Source of the DNA: Octopus sinensis
Taxonomy: Eukaryota
DNA: 31,196 nt
Direction: 5' to 3'
Assembly (NCBI RefSeq): GCF_006345805.1
Contig: NW_021829623.1
Location: 1 to 31,196 of the forward strand
Shown here: positions 12,206 through 26,147 of the stretch, piece by piece
How the letters are laid out: every line of letters begins with the position of its first letter
How positions within the stretch are numbered: position 1 is the first letter of the stretch
Program-made: the position numbers and the translations under genes
The notes under the pieces: model-generated
The model's input: only the letters and a program-made list of their open reading frames with translations
Told to the model about the DNA's origin: nothing
Databases searched by the model: none

Positions 12206-12649
12206 TGGTTGCTACCCGACAATGTTCGCTCAGAATGTATTTTATTGTATTCACCGCCCAACATGTTTGTTTGTAGTTACACAAATATAATTAATAATTA
12301 TCCTTATTCCGACACACCTTGTGACTGCCACTAATCGGGTTCGTGGATTGTGCGTCTCCTTGGAAGCAAACAAGTCTTCTTTTCAGTCAACACTCTCCTC
12401 TTTATGCCAGTTGACTACATTTCTGGCTTTAGTGAATTTTTAGGGCATTGGAAAACGGAACAGCTGTTATTAGAATTTTGATATTTGGTCTCGTTCCATT
12501 ATGTAAATATTAGAGTACTTGGTGTCCAGAGAGCATACTTTGTTATGGAGAGAACCAGGTTGGTTGGTGGAGTCGATCCTCTGCATAGAAGGACGGGATT
12601 ATAAAAGGGGAGTCTGAACAAAACAGGAATAACAATAAAATAGATTGAA

Positions 12650-14680
12650 TATTAGTTAATAATAAATGAGGACTGACTAGCATTATTCTTGGTACGGTAA
12701 TTGCGGTCGAGACGCAGTGGAGGATGTTTAGTGGATCTGGTCAACGAAGACAGGCGTGCAAGAAGAGAATGTCAGTGGCGATAGGAAGTGAGATGTACCC
12801 GGAAAGTAATAAGAAATGTAACTGAATTTATATTCGTTGAAATGGTGATATCGTTCTTAAAACAAATGTCTTTTTCGCACGTTTCGAATAATGAGTTCAC
12901 TTTAGCGTCATTTAATGTCCGAGGTTTAAAAGAAGAGCAGAAAAGGGAGGATTTGACACATGATTTAACATCATATAAGGTCACCATATGCAGCATACAG
13001 GAGACTAAAGTGAGGGATGCAGCTGAGGAGAATTACGGAGAGTATAGACTGCTAAACTCCGAATGTAACCACTACGGACTTGGCTTTGCTATACATCGTT
13101 GTCTTGATAGGAGAGTTCACAGAGTGTGGAGGGTCAATGACAGAATAGCAGTACTTCAGATAAAAAGTGGGAAGTCGGATAAGTCCTTTATATCCATAAT
13201 TAACGTCTACGCTCCTAAAATGGCAAAGGTTTCCACAAACCCCGACGAACTTGATTTGTTTTACATGTCACTGACAGAAACTATCTCTGACCTCAAAGCC
13301 TCTTTTATGATTTTCATATGTGGAGATTGGAATGCGAAAGTGGGTCATTGTCCTTGGAGAGAACCCTGTATGGGCAGGCATGCCTGAAGAAGAAATACAG
13401 GGGAGCCGCTTGTACAGTTCTGCTACTTGTTCGATTACTTCATTTGTAATTCGGCTTTCGAACACAAAGCGAGACATAAAACTAAATAGACTATATATTA
13501 TGCAAAAGATCTCTTTGCGCATTAATAAAAGACTTTCGCAGTTATGGAGGCACCATCACTTATAGTGATCATAAACTGCTTGTTTCAAGATTCAGAATGA
13601 AAAGGTACTTTGGAATAGATGGAGTTCGAAAAAAATCAGTACAAACCGTTTTACGGTGGAATAATTATGTTTATGTGAGAAGACTAGCGAAAATTATTGT
13701 ATGGCAATTAAGAAACAAATTATGAACGTAATTATGGAAAATCCTCCTGCAGTGGTTTGGGACTCAGTGCCTAAATGAATAAAGAAAGGAAACAAGTTAT
13801 CAAATCCTTTCGGGACAACAATTGGAACACCTTCTGGGGACTCTCTATCTCCGGTTCTATTCATAGTATACCTGGAGGCAGCACTGAGAGATCTCAGAAC
13901 AAAGTGCGAAGGATCGATGCAGATAGAAATTATATATGCAGACGACATAGACTCCTTGTCAGAAAATTATCATGAACTTGCAGTTGTTTTGGAGAAAATT
14001 CCGGACGAATTTGAGAGATGGTGTTTGCACGTTAATCAAGAAAAGACTGAACTCTTAAGAATCGCAAGGGAATCGAAATATATTGATGAAAATTGAGGAA
14101 AAAAAGGAAATTGATGTACCGGAGAGTTTTAGCCACTGCAATGTACAAGAAAATGCAAAAGATATGGAATCATTAAAAACTTCAAAAACAAACCTCAAGC
14201 TAAAGCTGTACAACTCATATATAAAACTAGTACTTATGTACAACTCGGGTACCTGGAGTGTCATAGAGGCAGAGTTACATAAAATGGACACGTTTCACAG
14301 AAAACAACTACGCAATCTACTGGGCTTAGGATGGCCAAAAAAGATTTCTAACAGAAAATTATACGCTATGACACGATCGGTGCCAATAAGCGTCGATATT
14401 ATAGATGAAGGCTGTTTGGACACGTACTTAGGATGGACGTAAACACACCAGCAAACACGATAATGAATGATTACTTTAACAATAACCACAAAACACCGTT
14501 CAGAGGAATGCCCAGGGTCACTCTCCCTTTTGCACTAAACAAGGATCTCAACGGAATTGGAAGAAAACTTGAATGTGCTGACGACCTTGAAGACCTACGA
14601 GTATATGCTCAAAGCAGACCCCGATGGAGACGCCTGGTGAACAAGATTTCTGAACGTGCGGCACAAACGGGACCTTAGCT
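12650..14680 (+). mobile_element. RTE-type non-LTR retrotransposon (APE endonuclease plus RT), degenerate and internally deleted
   Basis: APE motifs ASFNVRGL, IQETK, INVYAP, GDWNAKVG, SDH. RT motifs GDSLSPVLF and IYADD. C-terminal KLKLYNSYIKLVLMYNSGTW..FHRKQLRNLLG..ISN. Boundaries approximate. Confidence 0.9.
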
Positions 14681-14684
14681 AAAT

Positions 14685-15440
14685 CAACATTTCTTTGGTT
14701 CTGTGTACGTGCTATTAATAATAATCCATTTGCCATTCCTGAAACAATTCGCAATTGTTTGTTGAGTAACATTGTTCTATCCAAAATGCGTAAACAGAAG
14801 GCCGTCTTTTAAATTCAGCTTTTTATGTGAATCGATAGGATCAGTTCCATTCTCAATTTTGTCTAACATCGCCTCAAATTTAAATTTGTTAAAGTTCGCT
14901 TTAAATGAGCGGATGATTCCCTGTGGTTGTTGAGCAAAAATTCTTGTAATTTTGTGCAAATTACTGAAATAAAAGAATTGGCTTCGTCTTAAAGTTTACG
15001 TTAATCATATAAGACTTTCCATGAAAAATTCTTAACTTAATATTATTTCGTTTTTGAATTTAGCAAGCCAGCCATTGCTAGCCTTGAAATCAATAATTCC
15101 ATGTAAATCGGCGAGTTTTTTTGCTTTCAAAAAAATAGAATTGTCGTCCAAGAATCCTCCACGAATTTCGATGTGTTCCATCCATGTCATTACTTCTTTA
15201 TCAATAGTTGAATATGTTAGATTGAATAGGCGTTTTTTGCTTGAGAAAGGAGGATCACTATCAAGTATTTTTCTTTATCAAGCCTGAGATCATTAATTGA
15301 TCTTCGTGAAATTGTTTTTCTCAAGATTGAAGAAAAAACAGAGGCTATGGTTCGATTGTCATATGTTTATTATCATCGATGTATGCTATTATGCGTTTTT
15401 TTATTAAACGTCAGGTCTTTTTAATACTAAAATAGTGGCG
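14685..15440 (-). mobile_element. pogo/Tigger-like transposase remnant
   Basis: DFKASNGWLAKF (CENP-B-type HTH) and QP.GIIRSFKANF (end of the DDE_1 domain), with a large internal deletion. Confidence 0.75.
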
Positions 15441-16366
15441 AAATTTGGAATTTGTCGAGCAATAGAGATTTGACCCTATTATAATTTTGATCTATCACAA
15501 GTAAATAAACATGTCTTAGCTGATTTAACTTTGTAGTCTCGAATATTATGTAGTTAATTTTTGAATATAGTTTATTTATATTGCGATATTAAAAAAATTA
15601 TTTTATTACTAAAAATGATAGATAAAAAATCACATGTGTTTTGTATTTAGTTGTACTTTCTTATGTGCCCAAATTTGTTTATTTGGTCAATCCGGAAAGT
15701 AACATAATATCGCTAATTAATGGATCATAGCGTACATTTCAATAGTATAAATTTTCTGATATGATGAAATGATAGGGACAAATGAATATTAAATGATTAC
15801 CTATTGTTCTGATCAACTTTAGTTACATAAGTTATCATTGTTTTTCTGTTTAAGAGATTATTTATAATATGCTCGATATATATACTTAGTGTCATTCAAT
15901 GATTAAAAAAGGAGATTCAATGAAAAATAGTTAAATACTAATAAAAAAACAGCATTCATCATTTTCTTTATTTTCATACAATAACATAAGAGGTGAGCTA
16001 GGAATTGATAGTAATGACTTGGAACGTATTAAGAAGTAAGTTTGCGCAAAATTTTGATATCTACTTTATTGTCGTCTTTTTTTAAGGTTAAGAATATTTT
16101 TTCTAACTTAAAAATTAATCATATTTTAATTCTGCATGAAATATCATTTAGAGATATTATTTGATCGTAGATCGGTAAAACATAATTATATAAAGTGTAT
16201 GTTGGTCTGAAGAGTTATACAATGAATTGCCATGAGTTACAAGGCTACGGTTCTTGTATTATCATTTTGTGATTAAAACCAAATAATAATTCATCGATAA
16301 TTTTTATTTAATTAGAAAGAAAGTAAAGTGCCTGTCCAATTAGTAATATTAAAGGAAAGACATGAA

Positions 16367-17649
<1,283 letters not shown>

Positions 17650-18306
17650 TTATATTTGACATAAAATTCATCACTATTTATATTGTACGAATTGATTTCC
17701 AAATTTAGAACTTAGAATGTAATCCAACAGGATTTATTAATCAGATTTATTACAGATTAGTATTTCTGTTAAATATACACAACCATTTATTTTACTTGTA
17801 CTATTAAAAATCGTAAAAAATAATATCATTTACCCTTTTAATGATTGTGTTCAAAAATTTTATTATAAGAACTTATTTCTCTATTTATTAAGGAAATGCT
17901 GTTTTTTGAAAATATGAAGATAAAAATCGGATTATTATTTGTTATTAACAATGAATATATTGATGTCAAAACTTAGAATGAAAATATGAAATTCAGAAAT
18001 CCAATTTGTAAAAACAGTACGTAATTTGTGCTTGACAAATATTTTTTTTAATGTTTATTTTCAAGTGCACTCTGGAGTAATGAAGGATCTTGATTATTCA
18101 ATTTCTCTCGACAAAGTGGAAACTTATTTGACGTCTCAGGCGTTGCAATATTTGTGTGTGACCATCTACGAAAAAACCCTTGAACTGGAAATTAGGCTTA
18201 CCTATGCAGAATTGTATTGTGTATCTAAAAATTGTTGTAGTCAGCGAATTGAACCCAGTTTGAATGTCGAAAACTCAAGACCGAGTATCGAAAAAATCTT
18301 TATAAC

Positions 18307-18379
18307 GCCTTGTTAGCTCAGTCGGTAGAGCATCGGGCTTTTAACCCGAGGGTCGTGGGTTCGAGTCCCGCACAAGGCT
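18307..18379 (+). tRNA. tRNA-Lys (anticodon TTT)
   Basis: Acceptor stem GCCTTGT/ACAAGGC, D arm GCTC..GAGC, anticodon arm TCGGG-CTTTTAA-CCCGA, T arm GTGGG-TTCGAGT-CCCGC. A and B boxes intact. Confidence 0.97.
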
Positions 18380-19835
18380 ATTTATTAGGACCCAGTTTAA
18401 GATACTCACTATATTCATTTTCAATTTTTAATTATTTGGATATGTAAACTAAGAAAAGAACTTTGTATACTACACAACACTTTTGCTATAATAGGGAAAT
18501 TTGTTTTTGAATTAAAAAAAAGCACATTTGATTTTACAAACTATTAGCTGAGAGCTCAGATGAAAAGACTTAAAAGACAAATCCATAAATATCTAAAAAG
18601 AAAAAGGAAAAAAATGAAAGAGGGAATATGCTAAATCAGATTGTCGAAATTTCAACTGTAAAGTTCTCCGAATAGAGTAATCAATGCATTATAAAAATCC
18701 GCTTACATCCTGATAATAGCATTTTGATACAATAGAAAATTCGAGACATAATACAACATTTGACAATATTTTTCGTTATCTAATTAGCTCCCAGTACGTT
18801 GAAAGTTCAATCTCTTGTTGTAGTAGAATAATATTTCTGCCACTTAGAAAAATACTGCTTTTTATTATCCTTAGAAAGGGCGAAATTAAATTCTTAAAAA
18901 AGCAACACGAGCCTCTCCAAATAATCTGATTTTAGTTATCTGATTAGCCCATACACAGATCTGATAATAACTAACATTCAGAACAATGGCTCTTAATAGT
19001 TGTCACTTGAGTAATATTTCGCTTCAAATATAGTATGGGGTGTATCTTGGTATTTATATTGTTTTTTATCATTTAAGTTTTGTCGTTGAATATAAAACAC
19101 CAAACCTTCTTTTTGCACAAAGGTGAATTCTTATGTCTATTTATGTAGAAAAGTAGTGCAATTGCCATTTTTTAGACAGAAGTATTCACTCTTCTTGAAT
19201 TTTATAAACAAAACATGGTGCATGTTGTAGTAACTACATGCTAGTTCTTTTTTACTTGAACCCTTACGTAACTTGGAATTGTTATCAAGATAAACACGTG
19301 CAGAATACACTATAAAAAACTTTTTCATAATTGAAAAGCAAATCAGTTAAAACCAAAGCAGCCAGAGAGGATTAATTAATATTTCTTTGGTCTAAGCATA
19401 GATAGGAAAAAGTTTAGCTAAAACGATAATTGAAAGTAACAGGAATTCGAAATAAAAGAATTGATCCAAAGGGAAATATCTAACTCAGGAAATTCAATCC
19501 ATTCTTTTATCAATTGTTAGTCTGAAAACGTGTTTTGAGGAGTCTTATTTTACTCTGGATAGTCGCTGTTTTCTTTTTTTTGGAAATCACACACAAACAT
19601 ACAAATTGAGTGATTATAAATAATGTCTTTTGCCATCACTACGGACTAGTACGACCGGTTCGATGTGAACTAAGTATCATGGACTGCGCAAGACAAAACA
19701 TTCAGTATCGCGGCCGGAAGTGTGTCGACAAGACCCTACAGACCCTTGTCGTTCACCTCGGAACCGAACTTTGTAAATAAGTTCAACCAGAACCAAAAAG
19801 CGACACGAATTTTAGAGAGTTGTCGTATTTCAGTT

Positions 19836-20142
19836 ACTAATATCATAGATATTGTTAGTGGGTGAAATGCGGAAAGCTGTTCGCAAACCGAGTAGAAACC
19901 ACTTTAATAATGTTGCCTATCTAAGCAGACCGTAAGAACACGGCCAAGTCATTAGGCAGTAATATAAGACCATCATTTCGTCGTAGTAAATTTATCATTA
20001 GATATCAAAAAATATTATAATCATTGGTCATTTAAATAGTAAAATGTACAACTAGATATAGAAAACACGCGTTAAAATTTTTTTTTAAATATTTATAGCA
20101 GATAAATTTAAAAATTAATATAAATAATTTTTAATCAATTAT
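19836..20142 (+). repeat. dispersed ~305 bp repeat, copy 1, structured 5' half
   Basis: Collinear with 30171-30479 along its whole length. Confidence 0.9.
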
Positions 20143-20149
20143 TTCATGA

Positions 20150-20740
20150 GATGGGATAGATTAGTATTATACATCTTATTTGAAAATAGTCAATAGGAGG
20201 GATAAAAGTGAACAGGGATTTGAAGTGCAGCCGATTTTTCACTCAAAGATCAGTAATTAAATTGTTTATTGAACATAAATAATTAATTAAAAAGTAATAT
20301 AAATTATTTAATATAAATCGCGTGGTGAGTTATAAAAAATTTTTTTAACATATGGATAGCCTTACACCGGGACATGAAGTAAAAGAAAAAATAGTACTAA
20401 CTGTATTAACTTTTTATAACATTACAGGGTTCTGGTATTTTATGGAAATATATTAAAGAATCTAATAAATATGAAAAACTTGGAAATGTAGACTTTTTTC
20501 TTGTTGATTACATTGAACCTTCTTATTCTACATTTTGTATTTTATTTATATTCATTTTTTAGTTTGTCATGATTCGGTCACATCAAAACTATATGTCAAC
20601 ACTAGTCTGTGGTACTCTATGATGATCCGTAAACTAGGAGCTGCAAGAATACACTTTTCGGCTTATCATAATAATGAATTTGGGATATTTTTTTGACGGT
20701 TTATAAACTTTTATAATTTTATTTATAGATAAATGAAGGA
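20150..20740 (+). CDS. hypothetical multi-exon protein
   Basis: A series of 26-48 nt gt..ag segments separates open exons (GSGILWKYIKESNKYEKLGNVDF; KLYVNTSLWYSMMIRKLGAARIHFSAY). Confidence 0.4.
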
Positions 20741-21084
20741 CTAAGAGAATGTCTTTTATCTTTGATGGTTACTAGAATTAACCGATTGTTAGCAATTGCC
20801 TGATTAAAATCAGAATTTCAATATTTTTAAAGTTTTTTCAATTTTTTATTAAAAAATGTTAAAATATCAATTAATTTTTTTCCACAACGAATTATTCTTC
20901 AGCGATTAGATAACTGAACTTCTTTACTATTAAATGACTCAATAATAAAAAATGAATTCATTGAGTACAAAAAAATATATCCAAAGTCTAGAATCTTTTA
21001 ATACTTATTGGATTTTTCTACAAAACCTTATTTTTTGCCTATTTTCATATTTATTAAATTTTTACTGTCTGAAAATTCAATGCT

Positions 21085-21306
21085 ATCCCGAATAATAGCC
21101 CGACATATTTGTTCATGACAAATCGAGCAACGCAATTACACTTATCGAAATTGGGGGCATTTCACAAAATTGTTTCAAGCAGATCGAAGTGGAAACGTTC
21201 CACAGATACGACTTGCTGGAAAATGAACTGGGAGCGATCCACCGGGAGAAAGTAAAGATTGTCCCTATCGTTATGATCTGGGACGGAATTGTAACAAATT
21301 ACTAAA
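21085..21306 (+). mobile_element. R4-like RLE non-LTR retrotransposon 3' fragment
   Basis: PDIFVHDK..ITLIEIG..KQIEVETFHRYDLLENELG..VKIVPIVMIWDGIVTNY: a PD..E.. endonuclease, homologous to 26365-26760. Confidence 0.8.
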
Positions 21307-21344
21307 ATGAAAACAAAAAACGAATCAATTTATGATAATTAGAC

Positions 21345-21805
21345 AATGCAGTTATTTTGAACTGCCGGCGCATAAGATGGCCTGGCAGTTCCCTCGGACG
21401 ATCGCCAACGAGACTCTTTGGAAAAGATGACGAGTCTCGTTGGGATCCTTGTTTCGTCTGGCAATCTTCGACCCCAGCCGACGAAGGAAAGAAAGCGATT
21501 CTGGGCCGATGACCCCGGATGTCTCCACGGCTACTGGCGCAAAAATGTGGTTTCTGGCCAGGTACGAGTATTTTCTTGTTTTTGTGACCTCCGCATGTCT
21601 TGCCGCTGAGCCGGGCTCAGCAACTGAAGAGATCAGGTTATGCGGGGAGAATGTGTCGGAGCATGTCGCGTCCCAGATGAGGCATTTCCCGTGATCGAAG
21701 GGAAATGTTGGCATGCCATCTGGGCGCTTTCCATCTCCGCGACCCAACCCGACTGGTTCCAGCACATTAGGGAATCCCGCAGATGCCAGGGCGCGGCTCA
21801 CCATA
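21345..21805 (-). mobile_element. CRE-type retrotransposon, 5'-truncated, with an open RLE domain
   Basis: RALASAGFPNVLEPVGL..KRPDG..WDATCSDT..AEVTKTRKY..PVAVETSG..QRVSLAIVRGN. Confidence 0.9.
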
Positions 21806-21815
21806 TATTCTATCA

Positions 21816-22296
21816 CAGCGGTGTCAAACTAATTTTGTTTCAAGGCCGCATTTTAAAATAATTTCCGTTTGAGGAACGCATTTATAATATTGTTACGGTA
21901 GGCCTCGGAATTTAAAAGATTTTTATCAGAGAAATATTATTTTAAAGAAAAACCAAAAAATAGGAAATCTAAATATGTAATCAGGATCTTTTAATCTTGT
22001 TTGGAGCTACCTCCGGATGATTAATACCTTTTTCCGATAAAATTTTTGATATGTCAGCTCAATTATTCATTTATTCCCGAATTTAATTAAAGCCGATAAA
22101 TTTTTATCTCTGGGTCGCGTTCTATGGACTGTTTTTGTTGATTTCACAAATGAAAAAAAGTTGTTCACAAACATATCGGAGAAATCTTTTTAGAAAATGC
22201 AAATTATCTGGACAAATAATTTTGACTGTTTTCACGAGACATTGCTTGATGAAGTCAAATCCATTCATTGCAAGCATTCTGGTGATTTCATAAATT
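21816..22296 (-). mobile_element. hAT (Buster/SPIN-like) 3' remnant
   Basis: Terminus CAGCGGTGTCAAAC at 21816. Minus-strand FSFVK..HRTRPRDKNLSALIK resembles the hAT dimerisation C-terminus. Confidence 0.6.
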
Positions 22297-23869
22297 GCAG
22301 TAACTGATGCAGCACTTCGATAAATTTAGTATTTTACTTTTTACCATAAAATATGAGTATTTGGACTTTTAATTATTTTTTTGAAAAATTCAAAAGATTC
22401 TGATTTAGAAAATAATTTTAAACCTTTAAAATTAGCGATAATTGACAAAGAAAAACATTTTTTTTTAATTTTTAGCGTTATTTAAGGGTCAATAAGTGTT
22501 GGCACGATGCCTTATTAATATTTTTTTGCATGCCCTTTTGCAACAATTACTGCTTCTAATCTTCTTTTGTATGTATTTATTAATTTAAAACATTCTTCTT
22601 TTAAATTTTATTCCACTCCTCACGGCAGAATGCTTTTAACTCCACTATATTTTCAGGTCTTCGGTTCCTACCTTTATTTTCAACGTTTTCCATAAATTTT
22701 CAATTGGGTTTAAGTCAGGAGATTGACTAGGCCATTTCAGAACATTTATTCCATTATTATTAAGTCATTCAGTAGTTATTTTAGCTTTATTTTGGGATTG
22801 TTGTCGTGTTGAAACGTCCATTACTTCTTAGCTTTAATTTATTGATGGACGGAACTAAACAATTTCCAAAATTTCGACGTACATCTTGGCATTCAATATT
22901 CCATCTATGAAAAATAGTTCACCCACTCCTTGAGACGAAAAACACGCCATAACACTAAGCTGCCTCCTCCGTGCTTAACTGTGGGTATGGTACACATTTT
23001 TGTCATATTCTTGATTTTTTTCCTGAGGCCAAAAAGTTCAATTTTGGTTCATCTGACCATAATATGTTCATTATATATTCTAAATCTTTATTAAAAATTC
23101 TGAGCGAATTTTAGTCGCGCTGATATAAGACTTTTCTTAGTAGAGGAATATGTCGTGCCCTCCTTTTATGAATTCTTGTTTGCGCAATGTACTAGTTATC
23201 GTAGATAACCAACTTTGATTCTCACGGTCTCTAAATCATCTACCAGCTTGCTTCTAATAATTCTGGGATCATTGCCACACTCCTTTTTATCATTGAAAGA
23301 GAACGGCTCGATATCTTTTTAGGTGCACCAGACCTCGATTTATTGCAAACATTTCCTCGTTCTTTCCAACGGACTATTATATTCCTTACTACACTTTTCG
23401 GAATATTGAATTGTCTGGAAATTTGGTTGTAACTTTTTTTGGTGGGACTTGACGATCATCTGTTTTAGCTCAAAAGAATATCCTTCCGATTTTCCATAAA
23501 GTAGTGCTAAAAACGGCTGTTCGTAATATCAATATTGATAATGCGTTATTAGTAACAACAAAGCTTTGTGAATGAAAAAAACTAAAAGAAATAATCTTAC
23601 AGAATGACATTCTCTTATATATGCACTTAAACTAAAACTGTAGATATAAAAGTGCCAACACTTTTTGATTCTTCAATAACGCTAAAAATTAAAAAAAAGT
23701 TGTTTTTTTTGTCAATTATCAATATTTTAAGGATTTAAAATTATTTTCTAATCAGAATCTTTGAATTTTTCAAAAAAAATAAATTAAAAGTCAAAATACT
23801 TCATATTTTATGGGTAAAAACGTAAAATACTAAATTATTAAGTGGTGCCATGACTTTTTGGGCCCACTG
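22297..23869 (-). mobile_element. Tc1 element with ~200 bp IR/DR-type TIRs and a degenerate transposase (22515-23497)
   Basis: 22310-22505 is the inverted copy of 23652-23848. The right end is ..GGCCCACTG|TA and the left tip is eroded. Motifs [33 protein letters not shown]. Confidence 0.92.
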
Positions 23870-23871
23870 TA

Positions 23872-24418
23872 ATTATTTTATTCTTACTAATAGGTTATTC
23901 AACCCCAGATCTAAATGCTCTTGTTATGTGCACCTTACAGTTAATCACAAGTTTATTATAATTCATTTATAAATTGCAGACGAAATTTTGTAGGACCCGA
24001 AGACCGGTGCACATACCCAGACTGTTGAGAGGTTCGTGTAGCAAAAATTATATACAAAATATAGAATGTGGGGGAACGCAAATGGCGCAATAAGAGACAA
24101 AGAGGAACCGCACGCCACTATATGGGTGAATACTTTGCAGGTATTAAATATTCAGATTTAATTTGTAGAATTTTTATGGAGAAGGCAAGTGAGCCATTTG
24201 GACAACGCATTCGACGAATTGTTAGACGCAATCGTGCAATTCTTAAATTCATTGATCTTTAAATTCGCCTTTTGTTAAAAAATTTCAGTTTTAATGGAAA
24301 TTTGCTAATTCTGAAATTTGTCACAATTTTCAAAATTTTTAAATAAAAAATTTGATGCATTTTAAAAAGTATGGATCAACCAAAAAATTGAAATTTTGCA
24401 CTACTAGAACTTTATTCC
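23872..24418 (+). mobile_element. Merlin/IS1595 (ISXO2-like) transposon, 3' half, with spliceosomal mini-introns
   Basis: Spliced GYSTPDLNAL.YVHLTVNHK | RNFV.PKTGAHTQTVER | MWGN.KWRNKRQRGTARHYMGEYFA | EFLWRR, with introns 23951-23979, 24032-24064 and 24141-24168. Candidate TIR GCACTACTAGAACTTTATTCC ends at 24418. Confidence 0.85.
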
Positions 24419-24461
24419 AGATTAACTCTTAATTGAAGACTCTTGTTGTCTCTTTCAAATA

Positions 24462-25288
24462 CAGTGCACGACAAAAAGTACCGGACAAGCCGAAATTTCC
24501 ATTATTTAGCCAATTTTAATGCTTTTTTAAAAAAATAGCTTCTTATTAATTAAAATATTCATTAAATAATATATTTACTTTTTAATTTATTTAGATATAT
24601 CTTGCCAACTGTAAAACATGGAAAATGTAAAACAATGGTTTGGGGATGTATCTCATACAACGGAGTGGGAATTTAGTTTTTTTTGATGGTACGTTAAACA
24701 GTGGACAATATGTGAATTTGTTGACAAATAACCTGATGGAATCTGCAGCAAAATGAATTTAACGGATTTCACATTCCAACAGGACAATGCTCCCTGCCAC
24801 AAAGCAAAAATTGTTGACGGAATATTTCAACGAAAATCAAATCAAAGTTCTTTCATGGCCCGCCAAGTCACCTGATCTCAATCCCATTGAGCACGTCTGG
24901 GCATATATGAAGAAAAATAGATGAAAAAACCCCAACATGTCACAATGACTAAAAAGAGGAAATTATCCAAATTTGGAGATCAATCCCGATAGAGTTCATA
25001 CAAAAACTAATTTTATCAATGAAGGATAGAAGCTACGCAGTGTATAATGCCAAAGGAGGCAATTCTAAATACTAATTTTTATTATTTTTAACTGTCCGTT
25101 TCTTTTGTCGCACCTCGTAATTATTTATGCTTTAAATTAATGTACAATTGAAAAAAAGATTAAATTAAAATGTAAAAAATTGTTTTTCGTGTAAATTAAT
25201 GTACAAAGGGTGATTTATGTGAAAAAAAGTTTTAAAATGACTTAAAATAATGGAAAATTTGCCTTGTCCGGTTATTTGTCGTGCACTG
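24462..25288 (+). mobile_element. internally deleted Tc1 element with TA target duplication
   Basis: TIRs ta|CAGTGCACGACAAA..CCGGACAAG and CTTGTCCGG..TTTGTCGTGCACTG|ta, with an inner direct repeat near 25093-25112. Motifs [35 protein letters not shown]. Confidence 0.95.
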
Positions 25289-26147
25289 TAGTTTATTTAC
25301 ATTGTCTTATTTTTTATGATCTATATAAATACCTTAAAAATCTCAGACTTGAGAAGATAATGTAAAAAGTCAGATTTACTCTGATAAGCTGTTGAAAAGA
25401 ACCAGTTCAGCCTCAGTCACTAAATTAGTTAGAGAACAGCAAACTATCTGACGCTACAGGACGAGACTTACTCAAGATGTAGCGTTCACTTTTTATTGTT
25501 ATCTTATGCCGAGAGGATCAATGTAACCTGGAAGCAACTTCCAAAAAACTAGAATGTGATTTACTTAGACCTAAACTTACGTTTGAAGGCAAACCATCAT
25601 TAACGACATTGCCAGTAGACTTAGCTAAGATAGATTCAGGGATCTTTTCATCAACGACCCTGCATCTTTAATCCAGACGCATTCTGAAATCCTTATTGTC
25701 AGTCAGGTTGAACTAAGAAGAAAGAATTTTTACACCCCTGAGTTGAAAATTACTAATTTTCAATAATTTTAACACGTTTTATCTTAAATATTTCTGACAA
25801 AAATTTGTGACAAAATGTATTTTCAGTACGGTTCATTTTAAAATAACTATTTATCGTCTCTGAGGCACTCCCCGAGCTGCAGTTTTGCTTTGTCTTTTCG
25901 CACTTTTTGTTCTCCCTTTATTTTGTGTGACTGGCGCAAGTGAAGGCTCAGATACATACGTGCTTCTGTTTTCACACTAGCGCTGTTACTTACTACTACT
26001 GTTAAAACTGAAAATCGTAATTCGTCGAGAAAAATAATGCTCGTATTTTTGATTTCAAATGTAAACGTCGTTCTGACATTATCTGATATTTGTTAAAAAG
26101 GATATTTTATTTTTTTGTCTATACATAGCACTTACTCTAACACAGAT

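Noticed and set aside
18026-18316. 96-aa ORF whose stop lies inside the tRNA
   Set aside because: No recognisable homology and a non-ATG start, so the overlap may be chance.
18660-19328. Possible minus-strand gene
   Set aside because: Only short open stretches, and no consistent splice model or motif could be built.
19851-20030. Group I intron, RNase P or U3 identity for the structured repeat
   Set aside because: Only isolated short look-alikes (GAAATGCGGAAAG, the GACCA/TGGTC pair, AAGACCATCATTTC). The P3-like pairing in copy 1 is broken in copy 2 and the other required elements are absent.
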